A DNA stretch of 64,000 bases, taken from the NCBI RefSeq assembly GCF_964213995.1, contig NC_135808.1:32364001-32428000 (forward strand). Reading direction: 5' to 3'. Shown piece by piece: positions 25,287-35,959 of this stretch. The stretch's first letter is position 1. Each line of letters opens with the position of its first letter. This DNA is from Mustelus asterias (lineage: Eukaryota). The notes under the pieces were generated by a model that searched no databases, was not told where the DNA came from, and was given only the letters and a program-made list of their open reading frames with translations. The position numbers and the translations under genes were made by a program.

Positions 25287-25844
25287 GGCCGCTTTTCGAT
25301 GGAAAGGTACTTGCCAGTTACCCAGAAATAAGTTCATCTTGAAGAGGTAGGTGGCTTGGCCGACTTCCTGTACACAATCCTCCAACCTTGGGATTGGATA
25401 GAAATCCGATTTTGTCACTGCGTTGTCCTTCTGATATTCCACGCAGAATTGTTGAGTACCATCAGGTTTAGGGACCAACACGACGGGCGAACTCCATTTA
25501 CTTTGACTTGGCTCTATTATGTCATCTTGTAGCAGCGCTTCTACTTCCTCTTGTACCTGCGCTGCTTTGAGAGGATTAAGCCTGTAAGGGTGTTGTTTTA
25601 TGAGAACAGCATTCCCTGCATCAACCTCATGTACTATGGCATCTGCCCTCCCCACTTTATTCCTACATAGGTTCTTATCTCTCTCTTTAACATGTCTTTC
25701 AGTTCAGGTCTCTGTTCTTGGGACAGATAACGTTCTACCTGATTCCAGTTTAAGGACTTCTTCATTGTTCAATATGTTTTGAGGCACAACAAAATCCATA
25801 TCCTCGGGATTTGATTCCTCATTCTGCTTTGATGCACACAAAGT

Positions 25845-26930
25845 CAGCTGCTGCCCTGTGGATCCAGAACTGGCTTGCCCAAAGGAGACAGAGAGTGGGT
25901 TTAGATGGGTCTTTTTCTAAATGGAGGTCAGTCACCAGTGGTGTGCCCCAGGGATCTGTTCTGGGGCCCTTGCTGTTTGTCATTTTCATAAATGACCTGG
26001 ATGAGCAAGTGGAGGGATGGGTTGGTAAGTTTGCCGACGACACGAAGGTTAGTGGGGTTGTGGATAGTCTGGAGGGATGTCAGAAGTTACAAAGGGACAT
26101 AGATAGGATGCAAGACTGGGCGGAGAAGTGGCAGATGGACTTCAACCTAGATAAATGCGTAGTGGTCCATTTTGGCAGGTCAAATGGGATGAAGGAGTAC
26201 AATAGAAAGGGAAAGACTCTTAGTACTGTAGAGGATCAGAAGGACCTTGAGGTCCAGGTCCATAGGACTCTAAAATCGGCCCCGCAGGTGGAGGAGGTGG
26301 TTAAGAAGGCGTCTGGTGTGCTGGCCTTTATCAATCGAGGGATTGAGTTTCGGAGTCTGGGGATAATGATGCAGCTATATCAGACCCTCGTCAGACCCCA
26401 CTTGGAGTACTGTGCTCAGTTCTGGTCGCCTCATTACAGGAAGGATGTGGAAAAGATTGAAAGGGTGCAGAGGCGATTTACAAGGATGTTGCCTGGATTG
26501 AGTGGCATGACTTATGAGGGTAGGCTGAGGGAGCTCGGTCTTTTCTCCTTGGAGACGTAGGATGAGAGGAGACCTAATAGAGGTATATAAGATGTTGAGA
26601 GGCATAGATTGGGTGGACTCTCAGAGGCTTTTTCCCAGGGTGGAAATGGCTGCTACGAGAGGACACAGGTTTAAGGTGCTGGGGGGTAGGTACAGGGGAA
26701 ATGTTCGGGGGAAGTTTTTCACACAGAGGGTGGTGGGCGAGTGGAATCAGCTGCCATCAGTGGTGGTGGAGGCAAACTCAATAGGGTCTTTTAAGAGACT
26801 CCTGGATGAGTACATGGGACTTAATAGGATGGAGGGTTATAGGTAGGCCTAGAAGGTAGGGATATGTTCGGCACAACTTGTGGGGTCGAAGGGCCTGTTT
26901 TGTGCTGTAGTTTTTCTATGTTTCTATGTA
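25845..26930 (+). mobile_element. 5'-truncated CR1 LINE inserted in the LTR element
   Basis: GVPQGSVLGP, KFADDTK and EYCAQFWSP motifs; ttctatgtttctatg tail. Confidence 0.9.
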
Positions 26931-27967
26931 ACTAATACCAGTTTCTCTGGCTCCCTTTCCCCCTCATAATATTGTTTGAGCATGTTCACAAGACATACCC
27001 TGAAAATCTTTTCCCTATCTAGCATTTTCACCAGATAATTTATCTCATTTTAATTTTTTTTCAATTTGGAAGGGACCACTAAATCTCGCTTTAAAAGTAT
27101 CTCCTACAATTGGCAAGACCACCAAAACTATATCTCCAGGGGAAAATATCTGAATGGTAGATTTCTCATCAGCTTCTTGGTTCATTAGGTGCTGTGTCAC
27201 CTTCAAATGCTGCTTAGCTAATTCACCTACCCTATTTAATCTTTCAGAATTAAAAACCTCTGTCTGATCCTTTACCTGCTCAGGTTTCTCTTTTCCCATT
27301 TCATCAAACATAGTGTCAGCTAACTGAACCTCACCTCCTTCACCTTTCCTTTGTGTTTTAACTCATGGCTGTGGGATCTTGTCACCACACAGTCCGACAC
27401 ATTTCCAGGGTATTTTCCTTTTATTTTCTCAGTTCCTAGATTTCCTTTTGGCTTTTCCACTACAATGCGCATCACTCCCACTTGTGATCCACCAAAACCT
27501 TTTCCCAGAATAAAGTGGAATGCTGAAACGGCCAGGTTTACTGTCACTCCCACGATCACTGGATTGGACTTTCTAGTTTTATCTTACACAGGGGAACACT
27601 ACTCTTCTCTCCATTTATTCTACAGATTACCCTTCTTTCGGGCAGTATTTCAGGAGTGCAAATACTTTCATCTCTTACCATTGGAGATATATTAGCTCCA
27701 GTATCTCTGAATAATTTAACTTTGTTACCTACTTCCCCTGTTCTATCTGAATAAACCTTACCCACTCGGGTCAAGCCTTTGAAAAGATCGGGTTCTGCTT
27801 TATCATCCAGCCTGTGCCGAGGCTGTGCACTCTCCTTTATCTCCCTGACTTCTTTCGAGATTACTTTCACTACCTTAACTCGTCCCACTACTTGAGCCTC
27901 TTCTACCACTTCCTTTTTCTCAGGGCCTTTCTTAAGCCACCAGCACTCTGCCTTTGTGTGTCCCATC

Positions 27968-28962
27968 TTAGAGTCAGAGGTTTACAGCATGGAAACAGGC
28001 CCTTCGGCCCAACTTGTCCATGCCACCCTTTTTTTTTTAAACCCCTGAGCTAATCCCATTTGGCCCATATCCCTCTATACCCATCGTACCCATGTAACTA
28101 TCTGAATGCTTTTTAAAAGATAAAATTGTATCCGCCTCTACTACTACCCCTGGCAGCTTGTTCCAGACACTCACCATCCTGTGTGTGAAAAAACTGCCCC
28201 TCTGGACACTTTTGTATCTTTCCCCTCTCACCTTAAACCTATGCCCTCTAGTTTTAGACTCCCCTACCTTTGGGAAAAGATATTGACTATCTACCTTGTC
28301 TATGCCCCTCATTATTTTATAGACATCTATAAGATCACCCCTCAGCCTCCTACGCTCCAGAGAAAAAAGTCCCAGTCTATTCAGCCTCTCCTTATAACTC
28401 AATCCATCAAGTCCCGGTAGCATCCTAGTAAATCTTTTCTGCACTCTTTCTAGTTTAAGAACATCCTTTCTATAATAGGGTGACCAGAATTGCACACAGT
28501 ATTCCAAGTGTGGCCTTACCAATGTCTTGTACAACTTCAACAAGACGTCCCAGCTCCTGTATTCAATGTTCTGACCGATGAAACCAAGCATGCCGAATGC
28601 CTTCTTCACCACTCTGTCCACCTGTGACTTCACTTTCAAGGAGCTATGAACATGTACCCCTAGATCTCTTTGTTCTGTAACTCTCCCCAAGAGAGTTGCC
28701 CTACCATTCACTGAGTAAGTCCTGCCCTGGTTCAATCTACCAAAATGCATCACCACGCATTTGTCCAAATTAAACTCCATCTGCCATTCGTCAGCCCACT
28801 GGCCCAATTGATCAAGATCCCGTTGCAATCGGAGATAACCTTCTTCACTGTCCACTATGCCACCAATCTTGGTGTTATCTGAAAACTTACTAACCATGCC
28901 CCCTATATTCTCATCCAAATCATTAATATAAACGACAAATAACAGTGGGCCCAGCACTGATC
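27968..28962 (-). mobile_element. 5'-truncated CR1 LINE inserted in gag
   Basis: 306-aa RT C-terminal ORF plus 3' tail. Confidence 0.9.
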
Positions 28963-29509
28963 TTATGGCAGTTAAAACACCTGAGGTCTTTCACCTCTTT
29001 TCCACCCTCTGGGGTGTCTTTTTTCACAGGTGGTAAACTGGTCCCAGTGTTATCTACTTTTGGGTGTTCGTGGAAGGATCTCCCCCTCCCCTAACCTCTG
29101 TCCTTCATGGAATAAGATTGCTGTCGGAAGCCAAATTTTAATTTATGCCCTGATGCGTTTTCATGCGCCATCTCTGCAGTTCTTCTCACTAACTGCTCCT
29201 CAACACGAGTTCTTACCCCGTCTGGAAGTGAGTTTTTGAACTCCTCCAGCAGAATTATATTTCTAAGGACCTCATATGGCTTTTCCATGTTTAATGCTCT
29301 CATCCATCTATCCAAATTGTTCTGTTTCACTCTCTCAATTTTGATATAGGTCTGACCTGGTTGCTTTTGTACATTTCTGAACTGTTGTCTATATGCTTCT
29401 GGTACCAATTCGTAGGCACTCAAAACAGCCTTCTTTACTTCTTCATAGTTTCCTGACACCTCCTCTGACAATGCTGCAAACAACTCAGTACCCCTGCCTA
29501 CCAACTTGG

Positions 29510-29710
29510 TCTGAAGTTGTGCGGGTTAGGTTGATTGGCCAGGTTAAAAAAAAAAAATTGTCCCTTAGAGTCCTGGGATGCGTAGGTTAGAGGGATTAGC
29601 GGGTAAAATATGTGGGGGTAGGGCCTGGGTGGGATTGTGGTCGGTGCAGACTCGATGGGCCGAATGGCCTCCTTCTGCACTGTAGGGTTTCTATGTTCTA
29701 TGTTCTATGA
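29510..29710 (+). mobile_element. HE1-type SINE 3' part inserted in gag
   Basis: ggtgcagactcgatgggccgaatggcctccttctgcactgtag followed by a (ttctatg)n tail. Confidence 0.8.
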
Positions 29711-30398
29711 ATTAACTGTACCTACACATCCTCTGGCCACTTCATCTGTGTAGCCAATTTCTTAAAGGAGATGAAAGAGGTTTCTGCGCACTTCTCATCA
29801 AATTTTGGTAATGTCTGTACATAATTGTATATATCCTTAGCAGGCGGTTGGCTCTGCTGAATCTGCTCATTATCACTTCTATCTGGTACTCTTTCTCCTG
29901 CCATTTGAAGTCTGTTTTCTTCCATTTTCAGCTTTTTCCTTTCTAACTGAAACAACCTCTTTTTCCCTTCTTCTCTCTCCCTTTTTCCCTTTCTTCTGCT
30001 AGCGCCTTCATCTCTCTTTCGTTTTCTTCTCTCTCTAACTGGAGGCTGGAGCCTTTTAATTCCATTTTCTAACTCCAATTTTTTCAGTTGCAATCTCATT
30101 TCTCCTAACTCCACCACAGTTGAATGTTTCACTGCTATTCCTAAATGCTTGACTAACTCCTTTACAAGTTCATCTTTCTTACTATCCCTTGGTTAAATCC
30201 AATTCTAATCTGCCAATTTCACAAGTGTCACCTTTCTCTGTTTTTCTAAAGTTTCTTGGCAAATGTGGGACGCTTCTTTGACCCTCAAAACCCCTTTAGC
30301 AATTTCCAGAGCCATTTCCCACTTTTTGATTTAACCGAGATGAAATAGATTTTCCCACTTCTCACTGAAGATTTGTTTAAATATCTGTGACTGTTCAG

Positions 30399-30417
30399 AT
30401 CTTGGTCAAGCCCCCAA
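30399..30417 (-). promoter_or_regulatory. Primer binding site (tRNA-Pro-like)
   Basis: TGGGGGCTTGACCAAGAT lies just 3' of the 5' LTR; compare the tRNA-Pro PBS TGGGGGCTCGTCCGGGAT. Confidence 0.7.
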
Positions 30418-30420
30418 TTT

Positions 30421-31750
30421 TGTTACGATACTGAGGTGATTTTTCCCTCTCTGCGATTTTGGAACCACCCAAAGGGACATACCTTGCCTCAATCTTATGT
30501 GGTGAGATAGTAGGAAGCTACTGGTTTTGGTCAATTAAAGCAGGATCTGACACTCTCACACTCATGAACAATTAACAGGTCTTTATTTTAAAACTGGTGA
30601 CAAACTTATTAGAACATTTAACAAACTAAATAAATTCCCCAATAGAATGCTGTTCGAATATTACAAGACTCATTCAGGAATAATGAAATAAATCCTTGTA
30701 GAATATAGTCACTCTCAAGTAATATATTACCTGGCGTCTGGTGGAAGTATGAACTTTCTTCTGATGCTTCCATCTGGAACAACCTCTGAGTTAATATCCC
30801 TTTCTCTTTGGATGGTGATTTTCTGAAGACATTTATATTAAACTGAAGGATTCTATATGAGAGCTTTGCCTCTCCCTCCTTCCAACTAAAGGGGTAGCAA
30901 GCTTACTCTAACAGCTATATCCCCTTGTCTAGATTTAAATACCTGGAATTACCTCTCAGTATTCCAGAAATCCTGAATACTGTGTACAGTTCTGGTCACA
31001 TTATAGAAAGGATATTATTAAGCTGGAAAGAGTGCAGAAAAGATTTACTAGGATGCTACCGGGGCTTGATGGTTTGAGTTATAAGGAGAGGCTGGGGCTC
31101 TTTTCCCTGGAGCGTAGGAGGCTGAGGGGTGACCTTATAGAGGTCTATAAACTAGTGAGGGGCACAGATCAGCTAAATAATCAACATCTTTTCCCAAAGG
31201 TAGGGGAGTCTAAAACTAGAGGGCATAGGTTTAAGCTGAGGGGACAGATACAAAAGGTTCCAGAGGGTCAATTTTTTCAGAGGGTCATGATGTCTGGAAC
31301 AAGCTGCCAGAGGTAGTAGTAGAGGCGGGTACAATTTTGTCTTTTGAAAAGCATTTAGACAGTTATATGGATTAGATGGGTATAGAGGGATATGGGCCCA
31401 ATGCGGGCAATTGGGACCCGCTTAGTGGTTTAAAAAAAGGGCGGCATGGACAAGTTGGGCCGAAGGGCCTGTTTTTATGCTGCAAACCTCTATGACTCTA
31501 ATCTGAATGGCTTTAGGCTATCATCAAACCTCATATTTGTATTCCATTGATCCTGGGTCTCTGCGTGCTGGCTTTGATTTGGACACAAATGTTGCAAACC
31601 TGCTGCTGCAGTTTAAAATCCACAGAAAGACACTTGCTTTTTAAGGAGACAATGCTGTATGATTTCTTATTTGGGTTTTAGCATTTCTTTTCAATATTTA
31701 CATTTTGTCAAACATCACATTTTTAACCTTACATTTTCAAGTTCACAACA
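30421..31750 (-). repeat. 5' LTR of the Gmr1-like element (interrupted by a CR1 3' fragment at ~30973-31500)
   Basis: Homologous to 23371-24092, with TG...CA ends. Confidence 0.85.
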
Positions 31751-31879
31751 CCCCCACGTAGTCATCTGTGTCGCTTATATAAATGATGAATAATAGGAGA
31801 CCCAGCACAGATCCCTGTGGAATTCCACTGGGCACTGGCTTCCAGTCACTAAAGCAGCCCTCTGTCATCTACAACTGAT

Positions 31880-32155
31880 CTTGCAGAATCTTACTAGCTG
31901 TTCTGTCTGGAGACAATACACATCTCTTTAACCTGTGTTTAATGCTCCCTCCACCCACATTATCTGTACCTTTAAGACCTGGCTGGCTGTAGAGATTTGC
32001 ATTCTAATCAGTATTCTGTATCTTGATTTCTGTGTCTCTGTGCACTGTTGGAGAACAGATTTTCACTCCGAAGGGGCAGCGCTCCGAAAGCTTATGGTAT
32101 TTGCTCCCAAATAAACCTGTTGGACTTTAACCTGGTGTTGTGAGACTTCTTACTG
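31880..32155 (+). mobile_element. Penelope-like 3' terminal fragment
   Basis: Homologous to 34690-34985; partial hammerhead core. Confidence 0.7.
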
Positions 32156-32664
32156 TATCTACAACTGAGCCAATTTTGAATCCACCTTATCAAATTACCC
32201 TATATCCCATGTACATTTGCCTTCTTTATAAGTTTCCCATGTAGGACCTTGTCAAAGGCTTTGCTGAAATCCATATAAACTATATCAACTGCACTATCCT
32301 CACCTACACATCGAGTCACCTCGTCAAAAAATTCAATCAAATTTGTTCGACATGGCCTCCCTCTGATGAAGCCAGCTCCGATCAAGCTATCCTCTCCATT
32401 TCCCCCCACTGCTCTTCTGTAGATTTTCCCATTAGTAGCTGTTCCCAGTCTATCTCGACCAGATCCTATCTTATTTTACTAAAATTCCCTCTCCCCCAAA
32501 CCAAAACTTTGTTTTGGCAACCTGTCTATTTCTTTGTCCATAACAACCTTAAACAATACCATAAGATAAAAGCAAAATACTGCAGATGCTGGAATCTAAA
32601 ACTGAAACAGAAAATCCTGGAAAATCTCAGCAGGTCTGACAGCAGATCTGTGGAGAGAGAATAG

Positions 32665-32703
32665 AGCCAACGTTTCAAGTCTGGATGACCCTTCGTCAGA
32701 GCT
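32665..32703 (-). ncRNA. Minimal type-I hammerhead ribozyme motif
   Basis: Exact reverse complement of 32832-32870. Confidence 0.65.
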
Positions 32704-32831
32704 CGAACCAGTTCAGCCAGATGGAGGAGAGTGGTGGTGGATGGGGACTGTTCAGACTTCTTTTCGAGGAAGAAGCGAAGAGCTTTGAGGCCATCCTGAT
32801 TGGGAATGGAGGTGTAGAGGGAACTCTACTC

Positions 32832-32870
32832 AGCTCTGACGAAGGGTCATCCAGACTTGAAACGTTGGCT
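32832..32870 (+). ncRNA. Minimal type-I hammerhead ribozyme motif
   Basis: AGCT-CTGACGA-A-GGGTC atcca GACTT-GAAA-CG-TT-GGCT: core boxes, stems I and II, and a palindromic AACGTT stem III. Confidence 0.7.
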
Positions 32871-33909
32871 CTATTCTCTCTCCACAGATGCTGTCTGACC
32901 TGCTGAGATTTTCCAGCATTTTCTATCTTTGTGTTGAATGGTACCATGTTGTGGTCGCTATCAGTGAAATGCTCCCCCACCATCACCTCAACCATCCAAC
33001 TGTCTTAATTCCCCAGAATCAGGTCCAGCACAGCTCCGTCCCTTGCTGGACCCTCTACATATTGACCTAAACAGTTCTCCTCTACACATTTCAAGAAATC
33101 TACTCCATTCAAGGCCTGAACACTATGTCTATCCCAATCACTGTTGAGAAAGTTGAAATCACCTTCTCCAATTACCCTATTGTTATTGTATTTAAACAAC
33201 TTTATGAATTGTGCACATATTTGCTCCTCAATATCCCTCTGACTATCTGGGTGTCGATAATAAATACCTAACAATGTGGCTGCGAATCTTTTATTCCTAA
33301 ACTCTACCACAAAGCTTCATTTGATGCCAAGATATAATCTCTCCTTAGCACAGTAACTGACTCCTTTACTAATAATGCAATGTCTCCTCCTCTTTTACCC
33401 CCTTCCCTGTCTCACGCAAAGATATTATTTCCCAGAATGTTGAGCTGCCAATTCTGCCCCTCCCTCAACCACGTCTCTGTCATGGCTGTTATCTCATAAT
33501 TACACATGTCAATCTTCGCCCTTAACCCATCTGCTTTTCCTGAAATACTGCTGGCATTAAAGTAGTGGCCAACCAACATTGCCTTACTCCCTTGAAACTT
33601 ACTACACTTGCACTCTCTCTGATTTGATTGTTTGCTGTATTATGCTGTGTCCCTATTCTCCCAACAGTCTGTGTCCCCTGCTCCTCCTGAATTAGTTTAA
33701 ACTCCTCCCAACAGCACTAGCAAACCCACCAGCAAGGACATTTGTCCCATTCTGGTTCAGTTGTGGACCGTCTACCGTGTACAGGCCCCACCTTCCCCAG
33801 AAATGGGGTGCTAGAGGGATTTGAAGAGGATTCTGGGGACTCAGGTGCTGAGTGGGTCGAAGTGGCCTGTCCAGGTGGGACCTGCTGCCAGGATGTGACA
33901 GATGGACAC

Positions 33910-34140
33910 TCAACCTTGCAGCCTGAATGAGGAAGTTCATTTTCTTGCAGCATTGGGCGACAATCCTCAGTGTCGAGTCGCGGGCATTGACTGCCATGGC
34001 CACCCCATCCCAGGACGTATTCGAGTTCCTGCTTCTGGGTAGCCTACACTCCCGGGGGTACAAGATGGCCCGCCTCTCCTCCACGGCATCCAGCAGCCGT
34101 CAGAGCTCTCTCTCAGTGAAGTGTGAGGCTGCTGTCCGCG
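33910..34140 (-). mobile_element. Harbinger transposon Myb/SANT-like ORF remnant
   Basis: Reads FTEREL*RLLDAVEERRAILYP..WDGVAMAVNA..R..QCCKKMN, matching the Myb/SANT DNA-binding protein pattern of PIF/Harbinger elements; contains an internal stop. Confidence 0.65.
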
Positions 34141-34259
34141 CTGCCATCCTCCTCGTGTGACTGGCTGTGAGTGCAGCTTGAATCCAGCTCCTCCTGGTTA
34201 GCGGCGCACTGCTGCGGTCCCTTCGGGCGAGTCACGCACCACAGTACGCAGCAAACTAC

Positions 34260-34985
34260 CCAGCCTTCAGGAGAACACCACACAACCCTGCCACAGCAAC
34301 CTCTGCAAGACGTGCCGGATCACTGACACGGATGCCATCATCTCATGTGAGAACACCATCCACCAGGTACATATTCTTACGACTCATTCAACGTTGTCTA
34401 CCTGATACGCTGCAGGAAAGGATGTCCCGAGGCATGGTACATTGGGGAGACCATGCAGACGCTACATCAATGAATGAATGGACACCGCTCAACAATCACC
34501 AGGCAGGAGTGTTCCCTTCCTGTTGGGGAATACCTCAGCAGTCAGCCTCTGATCTTCGGGTAAGCGTTCTCCAAGGCAGCCTTCACGACACACGATAACG
34601 CAGAATCGCCGAGCAAAAACTGATAGTCAGATTCTGCACACACGAGGACGGCCTCAATCGAGATCTTGGGTTCATGCCACACTATCTGTAACCCCCACGA
34701 CTTGCCGAGACTTGCAAAATCTCACTAACTGTCCTGGCTGGAGACAATTCACTCCTCTTGAACCTGTGCTTAACCCTCTCTCCACTCACATTGTCTGCAC
34801 CTGTAAAGACTTGATTACCTGTTAAGACTCACATTCCAACCATTATCTTCTACTTGAGTTTGTGTCTGTATATGCCCTGTTTGTGAAACAAATCCTGCAC
34901 TCACCTGATGAAGGAGCGGTGCTCTGAAAGGTCGTGTTACCAAATAAACCTGTTGCACTTTAACCTGGTGTTGTGAGACTATTTA
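34260..34985 (+). mobile_element. Penelope-like element 3' part (GIY-YIG endonuclease) with hammerhead motif at 34902-34936
   Basis: NVVYLIRCRKGCPEAWYIGET motif; cacCTGATGAaggagcggtgctctGAAAggTCgtg. Confidence 0.85.
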
Positions 34986-35137
34986 CTATCTCTAACCTGG
35001 GACACACCCGGTCTATCAGTAACCTGGGACAGTAACCTGAGCAAACATCACTCATTTCAAACTCTCACCAAAAGATTCAAATTCACCCCAGAGAGAGAGA
35101 GAGAGAGTGAGAATGGAAGAGTGAATTCTGTACTTAC

Positions 35138-35189
35138 CGGGAGAGACCCAGGAAAAACACAGGGAGATGGAGAAAAGGATCAGCAACAT
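35138..35189 (-). CDS. MHC class I leader exon (assigned to gene A)
   Basis: Encodes the signal peptide MLLILFSISLCFSWVSP followed by G|gtaagt. Identical to the gene B leader; phase 1 fits alpha1 at 6222. Confidence 0.85.
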
Positions 35190-35255
35190 TCTGGGAATCC
35201 ACTGTCCCAATTCCAATCAGTGACTGGGAATTAAACACTCTGAGGAGGAAACAAC

Positions 35256-35261
35256 TTTATA
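35256..35261 (-). promoter_or_regulatory. Candidate TATA box, gene A
   Basis: TATAAA ~70 nt upstream of the ATG. Confidence 0.45.
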
Positions 35262-35367
35262 AACTGGGGGAAAAACATGAAAAAAAACAAAAACTTTATC
35301 CAGGCTCCATTTTCATGTCTAAGTCGGACTTTGCTCATTTCCTTATTGCAGAAGCAGAGGATGACTG

Positions 35368-35423
35368 ATTGGTTAGTCTCAGAAAATTAACCAATTGTAA
35401 AGAGCCTGTCACGAGTTACCAGG
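35368..35423 (-). promoter_or_regulatory. MHC X1/X2-Y-CCAAT promoter module, gene A
   Basis: CCTGGTAACTCGTGACAGG (X1X2, 35405-35423), ATTGG (Y, 35391-35395) and CCAAT (35368-35372), in class I order. Confidence 0.8.
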
Positions 35424-35489
35424 AGGATCAAACTCAGACGGGTGAAGATTTGGCCTTAAAAAAATCTAATCTTTACTCAGCGCCTTTCA

Positions 35490-35501
35490 CAAAGTGAAAC
35501 C
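35490..35501 (-). promoter_or_regulatory. ISRE, gene A
   Basis: GGTTTCACTTTG lies upstream of the X box, as in class I promoters. Confidence 0.65.
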
Positions 35502-35640
35502 TCCCCAAGGGCAGCTTTATAAAACAAAGATTGACCCAGAGACACACACAGCTCAGTGCACAAAAACTGCCTCAAAGTTCTAGGGTTTTAAAGAGAAGTG
35601 TAGGGAGTGGATTACAGAGTGAAGGACCGAGGTTACTAAA

Positions 35641-35652
35641 GGCACTTTCCCC
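35641..35652. promoter_or_regulatory. Candidate NF-kB (enhancer A-like) site
   Basis: GGCACTTTCCCC has one mismatch to GGGACTTTCC and sits upstream of the ISRE. Confidence 0.4.
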
Positions 35653-35959
35653 AGGGTGGCAGAGATTCTAATCCCTGATACTGGAGATGTCAGAATGAGA
35701 GGAACACAGAGATCTCACAGAGTTTGTGAAACTGGAGGAGATTACAGGAATAGGAAGGGACAAGGACATGGAGAGATTTCAATTTTTAAAATTGAGGTGT
35801 TGTTTGACTGGGAAATGTAAGTTCAGTGGGGACAGGAATGGGCCGTTACGGAGAGTCCAGTGTGGGACTTCACTCAATTCTTTGCACTTTCTTTACACAA
35901 GGAACACTGGTGTGAAACACATCTTCCCATTACACCCAATGGAGCTAACACCATCACAT

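Larger units (their letters stand above)
23371..31750 (-). mobile_element. Decayed Gmr1-like Gypsy LTR retrotransposon (gag-SCAN, zinc knuckle, PR, IN, RT) carrying captured host mRNAs
   Basis: Paired LTRs at 23371-~24092 and 30421-31750 (TGT...ACA) and a cccc TSD. Domains: gag/SCAN-like (ILLEEFKNSLP, 29091-30132), knuckle GHTKAECW and protease FRDTGA (27556-27966), integrase C-terminal GPF module (27045-27311), then RT start ([19 protein letters not shown], 25300-25655). Confidence 0.88.
32565..32930. mobile_element. Penelope-like element remnant: inverted terminal repeats flanking an RT fragment
   Basis: The arms 32565-32703 and 32832-32930 are reverse complements. The spacer encodes SLYTSIPNQDGLKALRFFL..TTTLLHLAEL on the minus strand, a PLE RT motif. 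Confidence 0.8.
31751..33795 (-). mobile_element. Old CR1 LINE (RT to endonuclease) with Penelope-derived inserts
   Basis: YMDFSKAFDKV, TDSDHN and GDFNF motifs. Confidence 0.8.
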
